From NCBI GenBank assembly GCA_964430735.1, contig CAYSFB010000004.1:104040-168039 (forward strand): a DNA stretch of 64,000 nucleotides, in the 5' to 3' direction. The position numbers were made by a program, and so were the translations under genes. The notes beneath the pieces are model-generated. The model ran no database searches. It had not been told where the DNA came from and saw only the letters and a program-made list of their open reading frames with translations. Positions 38,140-47,800 of this stretch are shown here, in pieces. This stretch comes from an uncultured Planctomycetia bacterium. GTDB taxonomy: Bacteria > Omnitrophota > Gorgyraeia > 2-02-FULL-51-18 > JAGOUK01. How positions within the stretch are numbered: the stretch's first letter is position 1; the number at the start of each line of letters is the position of its first letter.

Positions 38140-41100
38140 ATGGGCCGCATGAAAATGCGGCCCATTTTGCGTTTGATCACCGGCGCTGCCGGTACGGGAA
38201 AAACCTCCCGCTGCATCGAACTGTTCCGGGACCGCATCCTCGCTTCCGGCGGCTCCGGCCTCGATTCCGCGTCCTACTTCATCCTTCCCAATAAAGAGCA
38301 TACCGACCGCATCCACGACGTGCTGACCCGCGACCCCCGCGTCGGCGGACTCGTTCAGCATCATCTGCTGCCCATCGGCGACTTCGTCCGCTTCAAATGC
38401 TGGACGGGCCGCGACCGCGTCGTGACCCAGTTTGAACGCCGCTGGTTTGCCCGGCGTGTGCTCGACGCCGGTGCCTGGACCTGGATGGCGCAGAGCGCCG
38501 GAACAGCCGGTATGGCCGACTGCATGGCCAATTGGATTCGCGCGATGAAAACCGCCGGCGCGGACGCGGCGGGGTTCGAGCGGGCCGCGCGCGGGCCGTT
38601 GGCGGCGGCCGGAGATCCGGACAAGCTCCGCGACCTGACGGCGTTTTACCGCGATTACGAGAATCTGGTCCGCGCCGAAGGATGGCAGGACCCGGAGGAC
38701 GCGGTCGCCGCTTACGCGCGCGCGACGGCGGAACGTCCCGAGGCGGCGCCCGCCGAGATGGACCTCGTCGTCCTGGACGGGTTCTTCAGTTTGACGCATC
38801 AACAGCTCGTTTTTCTGGAAGCGGCGGCGCGGCGGTCGGCCGAGACGGTGGTCACGCTCACGCTGCCGGAAGCGGCGGAGGAGGGCGTCCGGGCGGAGGC
38901 CTTTTTGTACCCGCTGCGGTTACGGCGGAAGCTGCTCGGAATGGGCTTCGTCGAGGAGCGGATCGCGGATGCGCCGCGCCGGTTCAAGAGCGCCGGGTTG
39001 GCGGCGTTGGAGCGGAGTTTGCCGGCGCCGGCTGCGGAGACGGACGCGTCGGGGGTGCGGCGCATCGAGGCGGCGGGCCGGCGGCAGGAGGTCGAAGCGA
39101 TCGGCCGCGCGATGGCGGCGCAGGTGCGCAGCGGCCGCTGCCATTGGAGCGATCAGATGGCCGTTTTTCGCGGCGTGCTCGCGTATCGGCCGTACCTCGA
39201 AGAAGTTTTTGGCGCGCTGGAAATTCCGTACGAACTGCACGAGCGCCGCCGGCTGTCGGAGCATCCTTCGGTCCGGCGGATGATCGAGTGGCTGGAGCTC
39301 ACGGAGCCCGCGGAGGCGGCGGAGGGCGCTCCGGCGGTGATCCGGGTACATCGCTGGGCGATGTGGATGGACGCGCCGGAGGTTCAGCGCGAGCTGGACG
39401 CGCTGCCGTCGCGGCTGGTGTGGGAGCAGATTCCTGAGGCGGTTTCCGGGTCCTCGACGGACTGGGAGCGGGAGCGCGGACGGATGAAGCGCTTTTTGGA
39501 GCTGGACGATGCGCGCGGACTCAAGACTTTTCTGGAGGAGCTGTTCCGGGATTGTGCGGGGGAACAGGCTCTGCCCGAGACCCGGCGCGCGGCGGATTTG
39601 ACGCGCGAGCTCATCGAGCGGCAGGCGGTGCGGCCGATCGCCGGCCGCGAGGGCGTGCGCGCGGCCGTCGAGCGGTTCCGAGGGGATTTGAAGTCGGGGT
39701 TGTACTCGTTTTCGGACCGGCGCAAGAACTGCGTTCAGATTTATGACACGGCGCTGGCGCTTCCCAAGGAATACCGGATCGTGTACGTCGGCGGGCTGAA
39801 CCACGGGGAATTTCCGGCCGCGCATCGGGAGGATCCGATTCTGGCCGACGCGGAGAGGCGGATTCTCGCGGCCGAAGGGTACGAGCTGGACACGGCCGAG
39901 GACCGCCGGAAGGGCGAGGCGTTTTTTTTCTATATGGCCGCGACGCGCGCATCGGAAGAGCTGGTGCTGTCGCGGTTCGCGGCGGATGACGAGGGCCGCT
40001 CGACGGCGGAGTCGGCCTGGTGGCGCGCGGCGGCCGACGTTTTTGGCGGGACGCTGTCGACCGAGCGCCTGGAATCCGACGCGCTCCTTCCTCCCGCGCC
40101 GCAGCTGCGGCTCCCCAAAGACCTCATCAAAAAATCCGGTCAGGCGCTTGCGCCGGGATCGCCGGACGCCGCGTGGGCGCCCGCGCTCGGCGCGGCCTGG
40201 GACCGGCTCGACGCCGTCGACCGGCGTTTGGCCGGCTTCGGCGGAACGGCCGAAGACTTCGGCGGCCGATGCGCGCAATTCCGGAGGCCGGCGGCGGTGA
40301 ATCCGGAGCTGCTGGGTCCGGCGGCTTTTCAACGCCGCAAGCCCTGGAGCGCGACCGAGGCGCAGTCGATCCGTCAATGCCGGTTCAAATATTTTGCGCA
40401 GTACGGCATCGGCATCAAGCCGCCGGTCGAAACGACGCCGGTGATGCGCGAAGGCGAAATCTGGCACAAAGCGCTCGAGATTCTGATGCGCCAGGTCTTC
40501 GGCGGCGGCAAAGGCGGGCCGCGGCCGGTGCGGGAAGCCGTGTTCCGGGCGGCTCCGGCGGCCCTTGAGCAGGCGCTGCGAGAACATCCGCCGGTTCCGG
40601 AGCGGTTCTATTCACGGACGGCCCGCCTGGAGCGGATCCGCCGCCGGTGGCCCCGGGTCGTCGAAGCCGAATGGGACAATCTCGCGGCCACGCGGTCTCT
40701 CGCCCCGGCTCATTTTGAAGCGGGATTTGGTCTCGTCGAAAATGGCGTGCCGTCGGACCGGCCCGCGTTTGCGGTGACGGCCGGGAGCGAGCGGCTGGAA
40801 TTCCAGGGCAAAATCGACCGGATCGACGCGGACCCGGCGTCGGGGCGCGCGCTGGCCGTCGATTACAAAAGCGGCAAGGGCTTTGCGCCCGCCGAGCTCA
40901 AAAAAGGGATGCGCTTCCAGGCCGTCCTTTACGCCCTCGCGCTGGAAAAAGTGTGGGGGTATCAGCCGGTGGGAACGGAGTATGTGTCGCTCAAGAGCTT
41001 CAAGCGCGGCGGCCTGTTGCGCGAGGATTATTTTTTGGAAGAGCGGCCGAAGAGCCGTTTGAAAAACCTCATGGATGCCGCGACCTTTGACGCGTTCATT

Positions 41101-41235
41101 GCCGGCGAATTAGCCGCGCTGGCCGGGGACTGGGGCGCGTACAAGTCCGGCGATATCGCGGCCGACTCCAAGAGTTGTCAAAACTGCGACTTTTATCCGA
41201 TGTGCCGTTATGAAAAACGACGCGACAAAAAATAA
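38140..41235 (+). CDS. addB: AddB-type helicase-nuclease subunit (N-terminal P-loop, C-terminal PD-(D/E)XK nuclease with Fe-S cysteine cluster)
   Basis: The N-terminus carries the P-loop LITGAAGTGKTS. The C-terminus carries QCRFKYF...VDYKSGKG...CQNCDFYPMCRY (Cys4). It is positioned immediately upstream of addA. Confidence 0.75.
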   Translation: MGRMKMRPILRLITGAAGTGKTSRCIELFRDRILASGGSGLDSASYFILPNKEHTDRIHDVLTRDPRVGGLVQHHLLPIGDFVRFKCWTGRDRVVTQFERRWFARRVLDAGAWTWMAQSAGTAGMADCMANWIRAMKTAGADAAGFERAARGPLAAAGDPDKLRDLTAFYRDYENLVRAEGWQDPEDAVAAYARATAERPEAAPAEMDLVVLDGFFSLTHQQLVFLEAAARRSAETVVTLTLPEAAEEGVRAEAFLYPLRLRRKLLGMGFVEERIADAPRRFKSAGLAALERSLPAPAAETDASGVRRIEAAGRRQEVEAIGRAMAAQVRSGRCHWSDQMAVFRGVLAYRPYLEEVFGALEIPYELHERRRLSEHPSVRRMIEWLELTEPAEAAEGAPAVIRVHRWAMWMDAPEVQRELDALPSRLVWEQIPEAVSGSSTDWERERGRMKRFLELDDARGLKTFLEELFRDCAGEQALPETRRAADLTRELIERQAVRPIAGREGVRAAVERFRGDLKSGLYSFSDRRKNCVQIYDTALALPKEYRIVYVGGLNHGEFPAAHREDPILADAERRILAAEGYELDTAEDRRKGEAFFFYMAATRASEELVLSRFAADDEGRSTAESAWWRAAADVFGGTLSTERLESDALLPPAPQLRLPKDLIKKSGQALAPGSPDAAWAPALGAAWDRLDAVDRRLAGFGGTAEDFGGRCAQFRRPAAVNPELLGPAAFQRRKPWSATEAQSIRQCRFKYFAQYGIGIKPPVETTPVMREGEIWHKALEILMRQVFGGGKGGPRPVREAVFRAAPAALEQALREHPPVPERFYSRTARLERIRRRWPRVVEAEWDNLAATRSLAPAHFEAGFGLVENGVPSDRPAFAVTAGSERLEFQGKIDRIDADPASGRALAVDYKSGKGFAPAELKKGMRFQAVLYALALEKVWGYQPVGTEYVSLKSFKRGGLLREDYFLEERPKSRLKNLMDAATFDAFIAGELAALAGDWGAYKSGDIAADSKSCQNCDFYPMCRYEKRRDKK

Positions 41236-44200
41236 TCCTTCCGCCTCTCCCGAGCTGTCCGCGGCGCAGGCGCAGGCGGTTCATTGCGCCGCAGCCGACG
41301 TGTGTGTGTCGGCGGCTGCCGGTTCGGGGAAGACCCGCGTACTGGTCGAGCGTTTCGCGCGGCTCGTGCTCGAGCACGGTATCGCGCCCGGCCGCATCAT
41401 CGCGATCACCTACACCCAAAAAGCCGCCGATGAGCTGCGCGAACGCATCGAACGGCGGCTGATCGCTGCCGGCCGCGATCTGAACGAACATCGCGAGCCG
41501 GCGATCGGCACCATCCACGGTTTTTGTCTCCGGCTTTTGCAGGAGAACGCCGTCGACGCAGGGCTTGACCCGGCATTCCGCGTCCTGCAAGGGGACTTGT
41601 ACGAAGCGGTTGTCGAAGAGGCGATCGAAGAGACTCTGGACGAAGCGATGCGGGGCGACCCGGCGCGGTTCGCCCCGATGCTCGAATATTCGGACCCGTC
41701 CGCGCTCAAGTCGGCGTTGCTTCAGGGGTATGAACGCGCGCGGACGCTCGGTCGGCGCCCGGAACCGCATCCGGCGCCGGACCCGGCCGGGTTGAGCGCG
41801 CGTATCCGCCACTGGGCCGCGGACGTGAACGCGTGGAAAAAGGAATTGCCGGAAAAGCAGTCGGACCGGATCGGCGGCGCGGCGGACGCGCTGCTGGCGG
41901 AGGGCGCGGACCCGGAGGCGCTTTTGACCGCGCTGCTGGAAATCGGAGAACCGCTGCGGCTGATCCGGAGGACCAAGGCGCTCGAAGAGACCGCGACCGC
42001 ATTTCTCGAAACGCTCGAGACGCTGACGGCGGAGACCGCGGACGCGGCCGCCGCGCCGTACAATGCCCGGTTCGCCGAACTCCTGGAACGGCTTGCGGCT
42101 GCGGTCGCGATTCGCAAGCGGATCGGCTCATGGGTCGATCTGCACGACCTCATGGACCGGGTGATCGAATTGTTGGACCGGCCGGCGTTTCAGGCCCGGA
42201 TCCGGACGGAATACGCGGCCCTGTTGGTCGACGAGTACCAGGACGTGAACGCGCTCCAGGCGAAGTTGCTGGACCGGCTCGGGCGGGGACTTGAAACGTT
42301 CGTCGTGGGCGACGCGCGGCAGGCCATTTATGGCTTCAGGCATTCGGAGAGCGCATTTTTCATCGAGCGGTTCGCGCGCGCCGCCCGGTCCGGCGCGGCC
42401 GTTGAGATTCCGGAAAACTTCAGGTCGCGGCCGGAAGTGGTCGGGTGGATCAACCAGGTGTTCGCGCGCCGCAGCCACGCGGGCGGCCTGTACGGGGATT
42501 TGCAGGCGCGCCGGGCTTCCGCCGGTTCCGGCCCAGCAGTGGAGTGCCTGTGGACCGCTCCTCCCGAAGGCGAAAAGCTCAAGGCCGACGCATTGCGGCA
42601 GCTGGATGCCGCTCAAGCCGCGGCCGCGATCCTGCGCTTCACGGCCGGCGGCTCCGTCCGGTTCGGGGATATCGCGGTGCTGTTGAGCCGGATGACGGCG
42701 CTACCGGCCTACGAAGACGCGTTTCGCCGGGCCGGGATCCGGTACCACGTGATGCGCGGCCGGGGGTTTTACGAAAAGAACGAGATCGTGGATCTGGTGA
42801 ACCTGTTCCGCGCGGTGAGGGATCCGGAGGAGCCGCTGTATCTGGCGGCGCTCTTGCGTTCGCCCTTCGCGGGATTGCGCGACGAGGATATCTGGAAGAT
42901 TTTTAAAAACGACCGCGCGGACGCGCGTCCGGCGGCCTACGAAGACTTCGTCCGCTGGTTCGCGCCGCTTGCCGCGCTCCGGCGTGAACTGACGCTGAGT
43001 CAGATTCTGGAGCGCGCGCTCGCCGGAAGCGCGTTTGAAGCCGTCACCCTCGCGCAGCCCGACGGTTTGCGCCGGTTCGCGAACATCCGCAAGTTCAAAG
43101 ACGTGCTGCGCGAATTCGAAGGATTATACGGATCGAACCTGGACGCGTTTGTCGCAAGGCTCGAGGAACGCATGGACGGCGAGGCGGAGGAGCGGGAGAC
43201 CGAAGCAGCCGTCGCTTCGGAGCGCGGCGACGCGGTGCGCATCCTTACGGTGCACGCGTCGAAGGGATTGGAATTTCCGGTGGTGATCGCGGCGGATTTG
43301 TCCGGGACCGCGCCCAAGTCGAGGTCCGCCGGCGCGTTCGTCGTGGATGACGACGCCCGGATCCTTTCGAACCCGCCCGCACCGGACGAAGACGGGGAAC
43401 GGATTCCGTCGGCGGCGTTTCTCGCGTATCAGGAGACGCGGGCGGAGAAGGAAGGCGCGGAATCGCTGCGGCTGTTCTATGTGGCGGCCACGCGCGCGCG
43501 GGAACGGCTCGTTCTCTGCGGCTCCCTGCCGGATACAGCCGCCGGCTCGCGTAAGAAAAAATCCGCCGTCAGCTGGACGGACATCGTACTCGAAGCGTTT
43601 CCGGAATCGGTCGCCGCCGTTCCGGCGGGATTTGCCGTCGCGCCGGGTTCTGCCCCGGCCTCGGAATCAACGCTTCCGGTGTCGACTGCCGACGGGCTCT
43701 GGGAACAGCTGCAGGACCGGTCCCGGCCGTACCGGCAGAGCGTCGATGTGACAGTTTCGGATTTGTCGGGAGCGGCGCAGGAAGCGGACGATATTCCCGA
43801 CGCCGAACGGAGGACGGTGATGGCGGACGGGACGGAATCCGAAGCGACGCTGCTCGGGGCTTCGAACGCAGGAAGGCTTTTTCACGAAATGATCCAGCAT
43901 GCGGTTTTTTCGCGGGACCCAAAGGAAGAGCAGGCCCGCCTCATGAGCGACTTCGGCCACCGGATGGACGCTGCGGCGCGGCCGGACTTCGAGCAGGGAA
44001 TTCAGCGCTTTTTATCGTCCCGTCTCGCGGAGGATTTGCGCGCGTCGGAGCGCGCGGGGCGTCCGATTTACCGGGAATTGCCGTTTTTTTATCGGGTTCG
44101 AGGGGAAAGCGGCGAGCGGGATCCGGGGTCGATCAAGGGGCAGGTGGATCTTTTGTTCGAGGCGCCCGACGGCAAATGGACGCTGGTGGATTACAAGACG

Positions 44201-44404
44201 ACGGTCGCCGAAAAGTGGGAACACCATGATCAGGCGCGCATCTACGCTTTTTGTCTCAAGCAACTGCTTCGGGGGAGACCTCACCGGGCGGCATTGTATT
44301 ACTCACGAGACGGATCGATGGTGCCGGTGGATTTGAAGGCGCTGGAATCTGAAGATTTTAAGCTGGAATTGAGGGAGCGGTTCGAGGCGCTTAAAACGTA
44401 CTAG
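41210..44404 (+). CDS. addA: AddA/UvrD-family ATP-dependent helicase-nuclease subunit
   Basis: The UvrD Walker A is VSAAAGSGKTRVLVERFA. The blocks ITYTQKAADEL, LVDEYQDVN, VGDARQAIYGFRH and TVHASKGLEFPVV are present. The C-terminal nuclease reads GQVDLLFEAPDGKWTLVDYKT. Confidence 0.8.
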   Translation: MKNDATKNNPSASPELSAAQAQAVHCAAADVCVSAAAGSGKTRVLVERFARLVLEHGIAPGRIIAITYTQKAADELRERIERRLIAAGRDLNEHREPAIGTIHGFCLRLLQENAVDAGLDPAFRVLQGDLYEAVVEEAIEETLDEAMRGDPARFAPMLEYSDPSALKSALLQGYERARTLGRRPEPHPAPDPAGLSARIRHWAADVNAWKKELPEKQSDRIGGAADALLAEGADPEALLTALLEIGEPLRLIRRTKALEETATAFLETLETLTAETADAAAAPYNARFAELLERLAAAVAIRKRIGSWVDLHDLMDRVIELLDRPAFQARIRTEYAALLVDEYQDVNALQAKLLDRLGRGLETFVVGDARQAIYGFRHSESAFFIERFARAARSGAAVEIPENFRSRPEVVGWINQVFARRSHAGGLYGDLQARRASAGSGPAVECLWTAPPEGEKLKADALRQLDAAQAAAAILRFTAGGSVRFGDIAVLLSRMTALPAYEDAFRRAGIRYHVMRGRGFYEKNEIVDLVNLFRAVRDPEEPLYLAALLRSPFAGLRDEDIWKIFKNDRADARPAAYEDFVRWFAPLAALRRELTLSQILERALAGSAFEAVTLAQPDGLRRFANIRKFKDVLREFEGLYGSNLDAFVARLEERMDGEAEERETEAAVASERGDAVRILTVHASKGLEFPVVIAADLSGTAPKSRSAGAFVVDDDARILSNPPAPDEDGERIPSAAFLAYQETRAEKEGAESLRLFYVAATRARERLVLCGSLPDTAAGSRKKKSAVSWTDIVLEAFPESVAAVPAGFAVAPGSAPASESTLPVSTADGLWEQLQDRSRPYRQSVDVTVSDLSGAAQEADDIPDAERRTVMADGTESEATLLGASNAGRLFHEMIQHAVFSRDPKEEQARLMSDFGHRMDAAARPDFEQGIQRFLSSRLAEDLRASERAGRPIYRELPFFYRVRGESGERDPGSIKGQVDLLFEAPDGKWTLVDYKTTVAEKWEHHDQARIYAFCLKQLLRGRPHRAALYYSRDGSMVPVDLKALESEDFKLELRERFEALKTY

Positions 44405-44482
44405 AGGAGGGAGTCGAACCCTCAACCCCTTGCGGGGAGTGGATTTTGAGACCACCGCGTATGCCAATTCCGCCACTCTAGC
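44399..44482 (-). tRNA. tRNA-Leu (anticodon CAA), type II with long variable arm
   Basis: The minus-strand sequence gctagag tg gcggaattggcatacgc g gtggt ctCAAaa tccac tccccgcaaggggtt gaggg ttcgact ccctc ctctagt a has a D-arm and variable arm collinear with bacterial tRNA-Leu. A G1-U72 wobble and a U31-U39 mismatch are inferred. The 3-prime end overlaps the addA stop. Confidence 0.7.
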
Positions 44483-44492
44483 AAAAGAAAAA

Positions 44493-44568
<76 letters not shown>

Positions 44569-44669
44569 TGAAAAAACGGACCTAACTATAACACCCGCTT
44601 CAAATTCCTGTCAACGACCGCTCTGCGTCCTGCGGCGAAAAGAACGTTGAAATAATTGTTAATCGTTAA

Positions 44670-44698
44670 TTGCCAATGAATAGGATTTGCTATATTAT
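44670..44698 (+). promoter_or_regulatory. Putative sigma70 promoter for giant ORF B: TTGCCA, 17-nt spacer, TATTAT
   Basis: It lies in an AT-rich island ~100 nt upstream of the ORF B start. Confidence 0.35.
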
Positions 44699-44800
44699 TC
44701 CGCCCGGCGCTTATTGAACCCTGCGCAGTCCCGGGGCATACTTCGTGCCAGTATATTTTTTGTCCTCTCTATAAAGTATTCATAGGGGAATCACGCCAAG

Positions 44801-47800
44801 ATGCTCTTTTGGGCTCTCTTGCAGTCCACAAGTCTGCTCCGTACTTTAAAACTTCGGATAAGTCGTGCGCGCCGCCGCCGCGTGCCGCTGCGCGCCCTTG
44901 CGCTGGTCCTCGTCCTCGCGCTCGGGTTTGAGGAATGCGCACAAGCGGCTCCGGCGGTGCTTGCGGCCGCTGCGCTCCGTCCGGCCCCGCTTCCCGATTA
45001 CGGTCTTCCGGCGTCCGTCGCAACGGTCGACGACGCGTTTCGGTCGACGGATCCGGATGCGCCCAAAATCCTCCTGGTCCGTGACGCCCACGCCAACCCC
45101 TCCGGACAATTCAATCTGGCGCGCACGCTCGACGCGGTGCTCGAGCGCGAAAATATTTCTGTCGTTTACACCGAAGGCGCCGACCGCGACGTCTCGCTTC
45201 TGTACCTGCGCGATCTGGCCGACCCGTCGGCGCTTGCCCGTGTGGCGAGGGAGTATGTGCATCGGGGCGGGATCAAGGGCAGCGAATATCTGGAGTTGAC
45301 CGGGTCCCGGCGTTTTACGATCCGCGGCGTGGAAGAGGAGCGATTGTACGGAAAGGCGTTGGATGTGTACCGCGGAGTGAGCGCCGCGCGCTCGGACGTC
45401 GGGCGGTTCTTGGCCGAATTGCGCGTGACGGCCGAATTCGTTGAGGATAAAACGCTTCCGGCCGATTTGATCGCCGCGCTCCGGCTGCGCCGGGCGCTGC
45501 GGGAAAAGCGGATCGGGTGGTCGGAATATCTGGACCGGATGGTCGCGCTCAGTCTGAAGCTCGGGCTGACGCTCTCGAATCTGCCGGACCTCGAGGCGCT
45601 CCGCGCGTTGAGGGCGCGGGAGCAGGAGTTGGACGCCGAGGCGGCCGGCCGCGAATGGGATTCCGCGCTCGCCCGCGGCGTCGATCCGGAAAAGGGGTCC
45701 GAAGAATTTCCGCACTTGCGTCGGTACGCGGCTTATAAAAAAATTCTGTCGAACACCCGGTTCCGGCGCCTGACGGCCGATCAAGAAGCGCTGGAACAGG
45801 CTGTGTACGGCGCTCTCGCCGGAAGTGCCGACGAGCTTCAATCGGTCCGCATCGCGCTGGCGATTGAGACGCTCGGTGCGATCGCGGCCATGGAGGCGAC
45901 TCCGGACCAGATCCGCCGTTACCGTTCCGACGCCGAGGCCCACGACCCGGTCCGCATCGCCGCCTGGTTGAACCGGCGGTTGATGCAGTTGGGAACGGGG
46001 CATGAGCGGGCGCTTTTTATGGACGAGGCTTCGACCCGGATCTTGCGGCAGGCGGCCGGTTTTTATCTCACCGCGGATGCGCGCGACCGCGTCTTTGTCC
46101 GCCGCACGCTCCGCCGCATGCAGAGAGACGGGCTCCGGACATCCGTTCTCATCACCGGCGGCTATCACACGGACCATCTCAAGGCCCTTCTCCGGCATCA
46201 GAACATTTCGTACGCAGTGATCACTCCCCAGGTGATCCATGAAACGGACAAGCGGGGGTACGAACGCCTGCTGCTGGGCTCCGACCGCTCCACCCTCATC
46301 CCGCGTTATCACGACAGCCTTCCGGCCGCCGCCCGGCTCCCTCTGATCCGGTCGCTCGGGCTGGACCCGGCGGGTGTCGATGCGGCGCGTCTCGCCCAAT
46401 CATCCGCCGACCGCACGCCGCCGATCGGGACGGTCCGGGAAGGGCTCAACGGTCTGATGCTCGCCGTGAACATTCTCGACCTCGGCATCGAATACCGCTC
46501 GAACCAGCCGCTTGTGAACCGGAATGGTCTGAAAAAACTCAAGGAGCTCATTCCGACCCTGGCGGACATGGGCATCCGCGAGATTTATGTGTACGGTCTG
46601 GCCGAAACGAGCGTGTTGTCCAAACACATCCACCAGGTGCCGACCACCGCGCAATACTTTTTCCACGAAGGCAGCGCCTCGGTGACGGTGGCCCATTACC
46701 CGACGCGGAGCGAGAAGCTGGGCGAGGTGACGCTGCGGGATTCGTGGGGGAATATTTTTTCGATCAATGATATGCGCCGGATCAACCCCATCCTTTCGGA
46801 AGGGGATGCGGAGCAGGACTTGCTCGACGTGACGGCTGCGGCGCAGGCCGCCGGGATCACCGTCGTCGCCGACATGATCAGCTGGCTTTCGCCCGGTGCG
46901 ATCAACAGCTCGAATTACCGGCAGATGTTTTACCGGGAGATCCCGGCCGCCGACAACGAGCGCTTCCGGCAGGTGTCCGATGCCGAAAAGAACGCGTGGA
47001 TCGAGCGGAACATTCTGAGCAAGGATTTGAGGGGGTCGTTTGCGGTCCGCGTGACGGAAGGCGGCGTCGAGCGCATTGTGCTCGTGAAGCATCTCGCGTT
47101 TCACGGGTCCCACAGCGCCGACCAGGCGATTCCGAATCCGCTGCATCCCGCCACGCTGCAGTACTACCTCGACTCCGTCAAAAAGCAGATTGACCGCGGC
47201 ATGAGCGGTCTGCGGGTCGACCTGGGCCACCTTCTGCTCAAGCGCAACATCCGGGGTTACTTCGACGAGATCCGGCACAACGCGGAGGCGTCCGGATCGA
47301 CCATGGAGGAGTGGCTCCGGAACAGCGGCATGGACATCCGTCCCGGCGAAAATTACGAGGCCTGGTGGAGCCGCCAGCCGGAGCCGTGGAGGCAGATCGT
47401 CGACGAAGCCAGTTATTACGCGCTCGAAAAAAACCGGAGCATTCACTTTTATCTGGAGACGTACAACCCGGTCGAGCAGCACGAGTTGTTCAACCTGGGT
47501 GTCGACGGCGCTTACCTCGGAAAGATGTTCGAAGCGAACTACCGCGTCGCCGGCGGAGGATCGCCGCGGGCTTTTGACGACGCGGTGAACGCCGCGCTCT
47601 ACACCCGGCCGCGGTCGCTGATCTACATGACGAACTTCGACCAGATCTCGGAAGAGGCGATGGGCGGTTCCGGCCGCGCCGCGGGGATGCTCCTGGCGAT
47701 TCTGGCCCACGTCGGTTCACCCGCGATTGTCGACTTGAGAGACTTCATGTTCCACCGGGGCCATGTCGCCAAAATCGTCGGCGGCACCCCCGACGCCAAA

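Noticed and set aside
38532-39437. 301-aa Gly/Arg-rich ORF in an alternative plus frame inside addB
   Set aside because: It is in a different frame from a well-supported AddB ORF. Its low-complexity G/R/A composition comes from the GC-rich third-position frame.
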